This document shows positions 8,948 to 17,385 of a DNA stretch of 41,736 nt, in pieces. Numbering within the stretch: position 1 is the stretch's first letter; each line of letters begins with the position of its first letter. A program made the position numbers and the translations under genes. The notes under the pieces were generated by a model. The model made no database searches and was not told the DNA's origin. It saw only the letters and a list, made by a program, of their open reading frames with translations. Source of the DNA: Desulfuromonadales bacterium (GTDB lineage Bacteria > Desulfobacterota > Desulfuromonadia > Geobacterales > Pseudopelobacteraceae); contig JAATGX010000211.1 in the NCBI GenBank assembly GCA_015688915.1, positions 1-41,736 of the forward strand. Direction: 5' to 3'.

Positions 8948-9934
8948 ATGGAAAAAATCCTCTCAAAGGCAGAGATCGAGGCGCTTCTCAATGCCGTTTT
9001 CGATGGTCGGATAGAACCTGAAAAGGAACTGGCCAAGACCGAAGGCAGCGCTGTCACCTACGATCTTTTCAATACGGAGGCCCATAAGGGGCTGGTTCCC
9101 AACCTCGATATCATTTACGACAGTTTTATCCGCTATGACCGTGTCAACCTTTCCAACCGCCTGCGAAAGGTGGTGGATATCAAGAAGGTCGGGGCCCGCG
9201 CCTACAAGTTCGATGACTTCCTCCAGACCTTGCCGTCACCGGTCTGTATGGGCATCTTCAAGATCGATCCCCTCAAAGGTGCCGCCCTGCTCTCTTTTGA
9301 CAGTACCCTTGTCATGGCCCTGGTGGACAGCCTCCTCGGGGGGAGCGGCTCGACCAAGATTTCCACGACCAACCGGCTGTTTACTTCCATTGAATTGCGC
9401 CTGATGGAAAAAATCGTCAAAGACATTCTTCAGGACCTGGAAAAGGCCTGGGCTCCGCTCTATGCGACCAAGATGAACCTGCTGCGCATGGAGATGAACC
9501 CGCGCCTGGTCAATATCGTACCTCCCGAATACCAGGTCGTGACCATGTCTCTCAAGATCCAGATTGAAGAGATTTCGGGCAATATGGTCTTTGCCGTCCC
9601 GTTCATGACCATCGACCCGATTCGGGACAAGCTCAAGACGGGGATGCAGTTCGACTTGATGGCCATTGATCCGCAGTGGTCCTACCGGCTGTCATCGGAG
9701 TTGCTGGAAGCGCCGCTTCAACTTTCGGTGGAAATGGGCAACTCCGGCATTACATTGCGCGAACTTCTGGAATTGGCACCGGGCGACACCATCATGCTCG
9801 ACAAGCCATGCTCCAGTGATCTGCTGATAAAGGTGGAGGGGATGCCGAAATACTTTGGTGTCCCAGGCATACGGCACGGTAATAAAGCTATACAAATTAG
9901 TAAGTTATACGCTAAAGGGGGCAGTGGTGAGTGA
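8948..9934 (+). CDS. fliM: flagellar motor switch protein FliM
   Basis: N-terminal LSKAEIEALL CheY-P-binding-type motif and FliM body. ATG 8948 or GTG 8942 are both possible starts. Confidence 0.9.
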   Translation: MEKILSKAEIEALLNAVFDGRIEPEKELAKTEGSAVTYDLFNTEAHKGLVPNLDIIYDSFIRYDRVNLSNRLRKVVDIKKVGARAYKFDDFLQTLPSPVCMGIFKIDPLKGAALLSFDSTLVMALVDSLLGGSGSTKISTTNRLFTSIELRLMEKIVKDILQDLEKAWAPLYATKMNLLRMEMNPRLVNIVPPEYQVVTMSLKIQIEEISGNMVFAVPFMTIDPIRDKLKTGMQFDLMAIDPQWSYRLSSELLEAPLQLSVEMGNSGITLRELLELAPGDTIMLDKPCSSDLLIKVEGMPKYFGVPGIRHGNKAIQISKLYAKGGSGE

Positions 9935-10226
9935 CAAGCCTGACGTGAACGAGCCGGAACAGGACAAGAAGAACCTCGATTTCATTCTCGATATCCCCTT
10001 GCAGGTGACGGTGGAATTGGGGAGGACCAAGCTGCTGGTCAAGGATATCCTGCAACTCAATCAAGGTGCCGTGGTCGAACTGAGCAAGCTGGCAGGAGAG
10101 CCGCTGGACATTTTTGTCAACTCCAAGCTGGTGGCTCGCGGTGAGGCGGTGGTGGTGAACGAAAAATTCGGGGTACGCCTGGTGGATATCGTCAGCCCCA
10201 ACGAGAGGGTGGAGAAGATTCTGTGA
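9924..10226 (+). CDS. fliN: flagellar motor switch protein FliN
   Basis: SpoA/FliN domain (ILDIPLQVTVELGRTKLLVKDILQLNQGAVVEL...). GTG 9924 or 9927 overlaps the fliM stop. The track start at 9855 lies inside fliM. Confidence 0.9.
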   Translation: MVSDKPDVNEPEQDKKNLDFILDIPLQVTVELGRTKLLVKDILQLNQGAVVELSKLAGEPLDIFVNSKLVARGEAVVVNEKFGVRLVDIVSPNERVEKIL

Positions 10227-10651
10227 GGGTTGCTGCTGCAACCCTGCTGCTGCTCTGTCTACCTACGTTTGTCCGCGCCGAAGGAACCAACGGCCAAGGC
10301 TTCAGTTTCTTTTCCAGTTTTCTTCAAATGATCGCCGCCCTGACCATCGTGATTGGGCTTATTCTGATAACCCGCCATTTTTCGAACAAAATAATGGGTG
10401 AAGCCGCCCCGTCCCGGTTCTCCTCGAAACATATCCGCCTGGTTGAGACGCGGTATATTGCACCAAAGAAATCGCTTATCCTGGTTGAAGTGGGTGGCGC
10501 CTATCTGCTGCTGGCCAGTTCTGAAGGTAGCCTCACGTTCATCAAACAGGTGGATATTCTTGAGGATATCGAGGTGCTGGATGGCGCGGGCACCGTTCGT
10601 GGAGGATTGGTTGGCCTGTTGCGCGGGGAAAAGGGCAGGCAGAAAGGCTGA
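10223..10651 (+). CDS. fliO: flagellar biosynthesis protein FliO/FliZ
   Basis: 142 aa with a signal-like N-terminus plus a single TM helix. Located between fliN and fliP. GTG overlaps the fliN stop. Confidence 0.7.
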   Translation: MRVAAATLLLLCLPTFVRAEGTNGQGFSFFSSFLQMIAALTIVIGLILITRHFSNKIMGEAAPSRFSSKHIRLVETRYIAPKKSLILVEVGGAYLLLASSEGSLTFIKQVDILEDIEVLDGAGTVRGGLVGLLRGEKGRQKG

Positions 10652-10652
10652 C

Positions 10653-11417
10653 ATGCAGGCAGCAGGTCGTTACAAGTGGATACTCTTCGGATCATTGGCC
10701 CTGCTGCTGGCGTCGGTCTTTGCCGCGCATGCCGAGCCGTTGCCGTTGCCATCGGTGAACATTGGCGTCGGCACTGCGTCCAAGCCGGGGGATGTGGCGG
10801 TTACCATCCAGATATTCCTGCTGTTGACCGTCCTGTCGTTGGCGCCGGGGCTGTTGATCATGACAACAGCCTTCACCCGGATCGTTGTGGTGCTTTCCTT
10901 TCTGCGGACAGCCATGGGAACGCAACAGGCGCCATCAAACCAGATCGTCCTGGCTCTTGCCATGTTTCTGACCTTCTTTATCATGAGTCCGGTCTGGCAG
11001 CAGATCAATCGTGAAGCCTACCAGCCCTGGAAGGCGCAACAGATCAGCCAGGAAATTGCTCTTGACCGGGCTGTCAAGCCGGTGCGGAAGTTCATGCTCT
11101 CCCAGACCAGGGAAAAAGATCTGGCATTGTTTGTCAGCCTTTCCAAGTTGCCCCGCCCCAAAAATGCCGACGACATCCCAACCGTGACCATCATTCCGGC
11201 ATTCATGATCTCGGAATTGCGTACCGCCTTCCAGATCGGGTTCCTGATCTACATCCCCTTCATCGTGGTTGACATGGTGGTGGCATCGGTATTGATGTCC
11301 ATGGGTATGATGATGCTGCCGCCTGTCATGATCTCGCTCCCGTTCAAGATTCTGCTGTTCGTGCTGGTGGATGGCTGGGGGCTGGTAATCGAATCGCTCG
11401 TGAAAAGTTTTGGCTAG
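10653..11417 (+). CDS. fliP: flagellar export apparatus protein FliP
   Basis: 254 aa from ATG 10653. The signal peptide is followed by conserved FliP sequence (TSFTRIVVVLSFLR.A.G....P.NQ...). The track ORF from 10398 is an out-of-context extension overlapping fliO. Confidence 0.95.
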   Translation: MQAAGRYKWILFGSLALLLASVFAAHAEPLPLPSVNIGVGTASKPGDVAVTIQIFLLLTVLSLAPGLLIMTTAFTRIVVVLSFLRTAMGTQQAPSNQIVLALAMFLTFFIMSPVWQQINREAYQPWKAQQISQEIALDRAVKPVRKFMLSQTREKDLALFVSLSKLPRPKNADDIPTVTIIPAFMISELRTAFQIGFLIYIPFIVVDMVVASVLMSMGMMMLPPVMISLPFKILLFVLVDGWGLVIESLVKSFG

Positions 11418-11454
11418 CAATATAATGCTCGATGTCCAGGATATTAATTGTCTT

Positions 11455-11542
11455 CCCCCTTTGAAAAAGGGGGATTGAGGGGGATTTGCCCTTGACGGCG
11501 CACCTTCAAATCCCCCCTGACCCCCCTTTTGCAAAGGGGGGG
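11455..11542 (+). repeat. 88-bp triple-hairpin G/C-tract palindromic element, copy A
   Basis: Hairpin 1 CCCCCTTT-GAA-AAAGGGGG (11455-11473). Hairpin 2 GGGGGATTTG-18 nt-CAAATCCCCC (11479-11516). Hairpin 3 CCCCCCTTT-TGC-AAAGGGGGG (11521-11541). Its reverse complement matches 26843-26930 at 84 of 88 positions. Confidence 0.9.
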
Positions 11543-11604
11543 AATAGTTCTTAACCTTTTTTGGGTTGTAGATCCGTAGTTTTTACCTTGATCCGGAGTA
11601 TGAT

Positions 11605-11874
11605 ATGACACCTGAGTTTGTTGTGCAACTGGCCCGGCGCAGTTTCGAGACGGTTCTGCTCCTGTCGGCGCCGCTTTTGATCTGCAGCCTGGTTGTGGGT
11701 ATGCTTATCAGCATCTTCCAGGCGGTAACATCCATCAACGAGGCGACCATGACCTTCGCCCCCAAGATCGTTGCCGTAATGATCGCCATGATCATTTTTT
11801 TTCCATGGATGATGACTTATATGAGTGACTTTGCGCGGGAGATATATTCGTTTATTCCTTCCATGAGACGCTGA
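11605..11874 (+). CDS. fliQ: flagellar export apparatus protein FliQ
   Basis: 89 aa, two TM helices, FliQ-like sequence. Confidence 0.9.
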   Translation: MTPEFVVQLARRSFETVLLLSAPLLICSLVVGMLISIFQAVTSINEATMTFAPKIVAVMIAMIIFFPWMMTYMSDFAREIYSFIPSMRR

Positions 11875-11878
11875 GCGA

Positions 11879-12673
11879 ATGTTTCCCCTGCTTCCCTTTC
11901 CCTCTCAGCGAGAGGTGATCGTCTTTGTCCTCGTGCTGAGCCGGGTTGCGGGCATTTTCGCCGCCTTGCCGGTTTTCGGCGGTCAGATGGTACCAATGCG
12001 GATCAAGGTGATCGTCGTTCTGATGATCACCTTGGTTTGTTTCCCCTCCCTCGCCATTACGCCACCCGCGATGCCGAACGACGCCTTTACCTTCGGGTTG
12101 TTGATGTTGAGCGAGGTGGCGGTCGGCATAACCCTGGCATTCATTGCCCAGATCCTTTTTGCGGCGGTTGACTTCAGCGGCCAGATAATCGGCATGCAGA
12201 TGGGCTTTACAATCTCCCAGATCATCGATCCGACCAGAGGGAGCCAGGCCCAGGTCATGTCCGTGTTGCAGACGCTGTTTGCCACCCTGATTTTCCTCTC
12301 CTTGAACATCCATCACATGTTTATCCGTGCCATTGTCGACAGCTTCAGCGTCATACCGTTGGGAGGCTGGCACCTTAACGGGGAGATCATGACCTTTCTT
12401 ATCAAAAGGACCACGGATGTCTTTATCATTGGCGTGCGACTGGCGGCGCCGGTCATGGTCCTGCTCCTTCTGACGAGTGTGGCCCTTGGTGTCATGGCAA
12501 GGGCCTTTCCCCAGATGAATATCTTCATGATCAGCCTGCCGCTGAACATCGGCATTGGATTTGTCATCCTGGGGAGGACCCTGATGTTCTTTTTTCATGT
12601 CCTGGAGGTCTCTTTCGGCCAGCTTAAAGGGCAGATAGACACGCTCTTCAGGCTGATGGCGAAGGGGGGATGA
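11879..12673 (+). CDS. fliR: flagellar export apparatus protein FliR
   Basis: 264 aa polytopic membrane protein, FliR-like, between fliQ and flhB. Confidence 0.9.
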   Translation: MFPLLPFPSQREVIVFVLVLSRVAGIFAALPVFGGQMVPMRIKVIVVLMITLVCFPSLAITPPAMPNDAFTFGLLMLSEVAVGITLAFIAQILFAAVDFSGQIIGMQMGFTISQIIDPTRGSQAQVMSVLQTLFATLIFLSLNIHHMFIRAIVDSFSVIPLGGWHLNGEIMTFLIKRTTDVFIIGVRLAAPVMVLLLLTSVALGVMARAFPQMNIFMISLPLNIGIGFVILGRTLMFFFHVLEVSFGQLKGQIDTLFRLMAKGG

Positions 12674-12676
12674 TCT

Positions 12677-13750
12677 CTGGCAGAGGACGGCGATAAACAT
12701 TCCAAAACAGAACAGCCGACCGGGAAGAAGCTGGAGGATGCCCGCAAAAAGGGGAGCCCTCCACAGAGCCAGATGCTCTCATCCTCCCTCACCCTGCTTA
12801 CCGGGATGGTCTGTCTTTACGTCTTCGGCAGCACCATGGTGGAGGCGCTCAAGAAGAACACCGTCTCCATCTTCAGCACCATGGGAACCTTCCAGTTGAC
12901 GCCGGGCAACATGTACACGCTTTCGATCAGGTTGTTCAGCCTGATTATCATCCTGCTGGCTCCTTTGGTGGTTACCATTGTGCTGACCGCGTTCCTCTCC
13001 AAGCTGGTACAGGACAACGGGCAGGTGGAATTCAATCTGGAGCGGGTTTCCTTCAGTTTTGACAAGCTCAATCCGATTTCCGGATTCGGCAAGCTTTTCA
13101 ACAAAGATGCCCTTGTGGAGATGTTCAAGTCTCTTCTCAAGCTGCTGGTGGTGGGATATATCACCTATCGGGTGATGAAGGATGAAATACAGAATATCGT
13201 CTTTCTGGCGGAAGCCGATATTGAGACCATCATCGGTTTTGTCGGGCACATCGCGTTCAAGATCGTTACCCATGCGTGCGGCGTCCTGATTGTCCTCGGC
13301 ATCCTTGACCTGATGTACGTAAAGTGGCGCTACATCGAAAATCTCAAGATGACCAAACAGGAGGTCAAGCAGGAACACAAAGATCTGGAGGGGAACCCGG
13401 AGATCAAGGGCAAGATCAAGAAGATGCAGTTCCAGATGGCCCGGCGCCGGATGATCAAGATCATTCCCACGGCAGACGTGGTCATCACCAACCCGACCCA
13501 CTATGCCATAGCCCTCAAGTATGACCGGGTGCGGATGATTGCCCCGGTCGTGATTGCCAAAGGGGTTGACGAGATGGCCCTGGCCATCAGGAAGATCGCC
13601 CAGGAACACACGATTACCCTGGTGGAAAACCGGTTTCTGGCCCGGGAGCTCTACGAACAGGTGGGAGAAAACGAGGCGATCCCCGAGTCGTTGTACGCGG
13701 CGGTGGCCGAGGTGTTGGCCTACGTCTACCGTCTCAAGGGGAAGATCTGA
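12677..13750 (+). CDS. flhB: flagellar export switch protein FlhB (start assigned to CTG; see findings)
   Basis: The conserved FlhB N-terminus ...KTEQPTGKKLEDARKKG... is encoded at 12680-12760, upstream of the first ATG (12773). The autocleavage motif NPTH is present (VVITNPTHYAIAL). The only start-like codon after the fliR TGA is CTG 12677. Confidence 0.8.
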   Translation: MAEDGDKHSKTEQPTGKKLEDARKKGSPPQSQMLSSSLTLLTGMVCLYVFGSTMVEALKKNTVSIFSTMGTFQLTPGNMYTLSIRLFSLIIILLAPLVVTIVLTAFLSKLVQDNGQVEFNLERVSFSFDKLNPISGFGKLFNKDALVEMFKSLLKLLVVGYITYRVMKDEIQNIVFLAEADIETIIGFVGHIAFKIVTHACGVLIVLGILDLMYVKWRYIENLKMTKQEVKQEHKDLEGNPEIKGKIKKMQFQMARRRMIKIIPTADVVITNPTHYAIALKYDRVRMIAPVVIAKGVDEMALAIRKIAQEHTITLVENRFLARELYEQVGENEAIPESLYAAVAEVLAYVYRLKGKI

Positions 13751-13918
13751 ATCCGGGTTGCTGTCAGTATTCTGACTGGGTTCAATTGTTTGACGACGGG
13801 CCCGAGTATTGCTATAACGGTTCCAGCCGTTCAAGCGGTGAGACGCGGACGTTCGCGGGTTCTGTGGTGACGTGTGGCGAACGTGGGTCCGATGCGGTCC
13901 GGCGGCATGATAAATGCA

Positions 13919-13927
13919 TGATATAAT
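13919..13927 (+). promoter_or_regulatory. candidate extended -10 element (TGATATAAT) upstream of flhA
   Basis: TG-n-TATAAT lies 47 nt upstream of the flhA ATG, inside an unusual 223-bp flhB-flhA gap. There is no good -35. It overlaps a weak sigma-54-like TGGCAG-N5-TAGA. Confidence 0.25.
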
Positions 13928-13973
13928 GGCAGCTTTTTAGATATTTCACACAAAAACAGAGACGACATCCAGA

Positions 13974-16061
13974 ATGGCCAACAGCACGGTTGAAGCAATA
14001 GAATTAAGCGGTTTTCGCAAAAATTCCGACATTTATGTGGCGTTGGCCCTGATCGGCGTGCTCGCTTTGATGATCATCCCGCTTCCGGCGTTTTTCCTGG
14101 ATATCTTTCTTGCGGCCAATATCACCATTGCCCTCAGTATCATGCTGGTATGCCTCTATACCCAGCACCCCCTTGATTTTTCTGTTTTTCCCTCGATCCT
14201 GCTGGTCACCACGCTCTTCCGTCTGGCGCTCAATATCGCCTCCACACGTTTGATACTGCTGCATGGCAGCGAAGGGGTAGAGGCGGCCGGCGCCGTCATC
14301 AGGGCGTTCGGGCAATTCGTAGTCGGCGGAAACTACATAGTCGGCGCGGTCATCTTTCTGATCCTGGTAATAATCAATTTTGTCGTCATAACCAAGGGCG
14401 CCGGCCGGGTGGCCGAGGTAACGGCGCGTTTTACGCTGGACGCCATGCCGGGCAAGCAGATGGCAATCGATGCGGACCTCTCCGCGGGCATGATCACCGA
14501 AAAGGATGCCAGGGCCCGCCGTATCAAGATCGCGCGTGAGGCTGACTTCTACGGTTCCATGGATGGTGCCAGCAAGTTTGTCCGCGGTGATGCCGTGGCG
14601 GGTATCCTGATTGTTCTTGTCAATATTTTCGGCGGATTGATTATCGGGGTCTGGCAGCAGGGGATGCCGATCGAAACGGCTTTGACCAACTATACCCTGC
14701 TGACTATCGGCGAAGGACTGGTGGCACAGATTCCGGCCCTGATCATCTCGACTGCAGCAGGTATCATTGTCACCCGATCGGCCGATGAAAATAATTTTGG
14801 CCACGAGATTACCGGCCAGTTCATGAACTACCCCAAGGCGTTCCAGGTTACATCGGGGGTGTTGTTTCTGTTCGCGTTGATTCCGGGATTGCCGCACTTT
14901 GCCTTCTTCCTGCTTTCGGGCGTGGCCTTCATGGTTGGCAAGATGGCCCGCGAAAAGGCGCAAATTGTTGAAGATTTGGCTGCCTTGCCCGAGGCGGTTG
15001 ATGGTGAGGATGCACTTGATCAGGCCTCGGCCATCCGGCCGCTGGATGTGCTGGAGTTGGAGGTGGGTTACGGCCTGGTCCCGATGGTGGATGCCTCCCA
15101 GGATGGCGAGTTATTGGAACGTATTCGTTCCATTCGCCGTCAGTACGCTCAAAAACTGGGTTTCGTCGTGCCTCCAATCCATATTCATGATAATCTGCAA
15201 CTTAAGCCGTACGAATACAATCTGCTTATCCGTGGCGCCCGCGTGGGTGGCAGCGAGCTGACCGGCCAGTATCTGGCGATGGACTCCGGAGCGGTGACGG
15301 CCACGGTCAATGGCGTCAGCACCACGGAGCCGGTATTTGGCCTGCCTGCCGTCTGGATCGGCAACGATGAACGAGATAACGCTCAGATCAACGGTTATAC
15401 GGTGGTGGACAGTACCACGGTGGTGGCCACGCACATCAGCGAGATCATCAAGCGCCATGCGCATGAACTGGTCGGCCGGCAGGAATTGCAGCAACTGTTG
15501 GATAATGTGTCCATTGTAGCGCCAAAGGTCGTGGAGGAGTTGATTCCGAACCTGCTTAACCTGGGCACGGTGCTACGGGTGATCAAGAACCTTCTCAAGG
15601 AGGGGGTATCCATCCGGGATATGCGCACCATCCTGGAAACCCTGGCCGATTATGCCGGGCTGACCAAGGACCCGGATGTGCTGAGCGAATTTGTCCGCCA
15701 GGGATTGGGACGTTTCATCGTGGATCAGTACAAACAGGAGGACGACAGTCTCTATCTGTTTACCCTTGATCGCGAGGTGGAGGATATCATCGCCGAGGCG
15801 ATTCAGCCTTCGGATCAAGGCAGCTACCTGGCTATCGAGCCGAACATGGCCCAGAGGATTATCACCGCTATTCGTTCCATGGCAGACCGTTGCAGCATGA
15901 ACGGGGCTCAGCCGGTGCTGTTGGCGTCTCCCTCCATCAGGCGGCATGTCAGAAAATTGATAGAACGTTATGCCCCGCAACTGGCGGTTCTGTCTCACAA
16001 CGAAATACCGCAGAATGTCAAAATCCAGTCTTTGGGGGTAGTGAACATAAATGTTGGTTAA
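13974..16061 (+). CDS. flhA: flagellar export apparatus protein FlhA
   Basis: 695 aa with an FHIPEP-family N-terminal membrane domain and a cytoplasmic C-domain. Confidence 0.95.
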   Translation: MANSTVEAIELSGFRKNSDIYVALALIGVLALMIIPLPAFFLDIFLAANITIALSIMLVCLYTQHPLDFSVFPSILLVTTLFRLALNIASTRLILLHGSEGVEAAGAVIRAFGQFVVGGNYIVGAVIFLILVIINFVVITKGAGRVAEVTARFTLDAMPGKQMAIDADLSAGMITEKDARARRIKIAREADFYGSMDGASKFVRGDAVAGILIVLVNIFGGLIIGVWQQGMPIETALTNYTLLTIGEGLVAQIPALIISTAAGIIVTRSADENNFGHEITGQFMNYPKAFQVTSGVLFLFALIPGLPHFAFFLLSGVAFMVGKMAREKAQIVEDLAALPEAVDGEDALDQASAIRPLDVLELEVGYGLVPMVDASQDGELLERIRSIRRQYAQKLGFVVPPIHIHDNLQLKPYEYNLLIRGARVGGSELTGQYLAMDSGAVTATVNGVSTTEPVFGLPAVWIGNDERDNAQINGYTVVDSTTVVATHISEIIKRHAHELVGRQELQQLLDNVSIVAPKVVEELIPNLLNLGTVLRVIKNLLKEGVSIRDMRTILETLADYAGLTKDPDVLSEFVRQGLGRFIVDQYKQEDDSLYLFTLDREVEDIIAEAIQPSDQGSYLAIEPNMAQRIITAIRSMADRCSMNGAQPVLLASPSIRRHVRKLIERYAPQLAVLSHNEIPQNVKIQSLGVVNINVG

Positions 16062-17385
16062 GACTTTTCAGGCCGCAAGCATGGCGGAAGCCCTTCGCAT
16101 GGTCAAGGCGGAACTTGGTTCCGAAGCCATGATTCTTTCGACCAAGAAGGACAAGGTCGGGGGGGTTCTGGGCTTTTTCAGCAAGCCTGTCTACCGGGTG
16201 ACTGCGGCCCTTGACCCTGCCCGCAAGCCTGCGCCCCCGGTGGCGCCCCCTGCCGTTTACCGCGAAAGGCCGGAACGGGAGCGGACCGCCAAGGAGGATC
16301 TGGAAAACTCCATGTTTGCTCCCTTGGCGCGTGAGCTCAAGGAACTGCGCGAGAAGGTAGACGCGCTTTCCCGGCGGGAAGAGGAACCGCGCAAAGAGGA
16401 AAAGCCGAATGAAGAGGTGAAACAGGCCGGCCAGCGGGATAGTGGTCTCAACCTCAAGAACATCCCTCGAAGTGACCTGGAGGAGATCAAGAAACTCCTG
16501 CTCAACACGCTGGCCAAAAGCCAGGGAGATGGCGTCAGGTCAGTGCAATGGCCAAGTGCTGAAACTGCGGCCGCCGCCGCGGGGCAGACCGGTGCGGAAA
16601 TCCTCCCGGAGGATTCGCCCCTTGCCCAGGAACTGGTCAAAAGCGGTGTCTCCACGGAACTGATCAGGAAAATTCTCGACACCCTTGCCACGCTGCCGGT
16701 GGAGGGGAGTAATCAGACCATCAAGAGCCGTCTCGGCGAGACATTGAGTCGTCTGATCAAATTCGCCGGTACCCTCAAGTTGCGGAAAAATTCGCCGCGC
16801 ATCATAGCTTTGGTGGGGCCGACCGGCGTCGGCAAGACCACGACCACCGCCAAGCTGGCCGCCATGTATGCCCTGAACCGCGGTAACAAGGTGGCGCTGA
16901 TCACCATGGATATCTTTCGAGTGGGGGCCGTGGAGCAACTCAAAACGTATTCCCGCATCATGGGTATACCCCTGGAGGTGGCTTCCACTCCCAAGGAACT
17001 GGAAAAAGCGGTAGAGAAACATTCCGCCTGCGACCTGATTTTCATCGATACCGCCGGCCGCAGCCACAAGGATAAGGAAAAGCTGGACGAGATGAAGAAC
17101 TTTCTTGAAAACAAGATTCCCATCGAGGTCTACCTGTGTCTGTCCGCTACGACCAAAGACCGGGAGTTGGAAGAGATTCTTGCCCGATTCAGTATCTTCC
17201 AGGTCAGCAAGGTCGTCTTCACCAAGATCGACGAAAGCGAGAGTTTAGGCAACATGGTCAACCTGCTCATGAAGGACAACCTGCAGATTGCCTATTTCAC
17301 AACGGGCCAACGGGTTCCCGAGGATATTGAGGTGGCCACTTCCGCAAAACTGGCCGACATGATTCTCAGGGAGGCGGCCGAATGA
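16051..17385 (+). CDS. flhF: flagellar biosynthesis SRP-type GTPase FlhF
   Basis: 444 aa with a charged B-domain. G motifs GPTGVGKTTT, DTAGR and TKIDE. Confidence 0.9.
   Translation: MLVKTFQAASMAEALRMVKAELGSEAMILSTKKDKVGGVLGFFSKPVYRVTAALDPARKPAPPVAPPAVYRERPERERTAKEDLENSMFAPLARELKELREKVDALSRREEEPRKEEKPNEEVKQAGQRDSGLNLKNIPRSDLEEIKKLLLNTLAKSQGDGVRSVQWPSAETAAAAAGQTGAEILPEDSPLAQELVKSGVSTELIRKILDTLATLPVEGSNQTIKSRLGETLSRLIKFAGTLKLRKNSPRIIALVGPTGVGKTTTTAKLAAMYALNRGNKVALITMDIFRVGAVEQLKTYSRIMGIPLEVASTPKELEKAVEKHSACDLIFIDTAGRSHKDKEKLDEMKNFLENKIPIEVYLCLSATTKDRELEEILARFSIFQVSKVVFTKIDESESLGNMVNLLMKDNLQIAYFTTGQRVPEDIEVATSAKLADMILREAAE

Noticed and set aside
10398-10652. Upstream part of the 339-aa ORF containing fliP
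   Set aside because: It overlaps fliO in another frame and has Trp/Arg-rich nonsense composition. The FliP signal peptide starts at ATG 10653, right after the fliO stop.
12779-13834. 351-aa minus-strand ORF opposite flhB
   Set aside because: Antisense shadow of a well-supported flhB. The composition is Asp/His/Gly/Arg-rich with no recognisable domain. The same reasoning applies to 27110-28351(-), 7360-8340(-), 5090-6076(-), 20641-21498(-), 22777-23730(-), 14004-14963(-), 18171-19001(-), 11852-12700(-) and 39282-40016(-).
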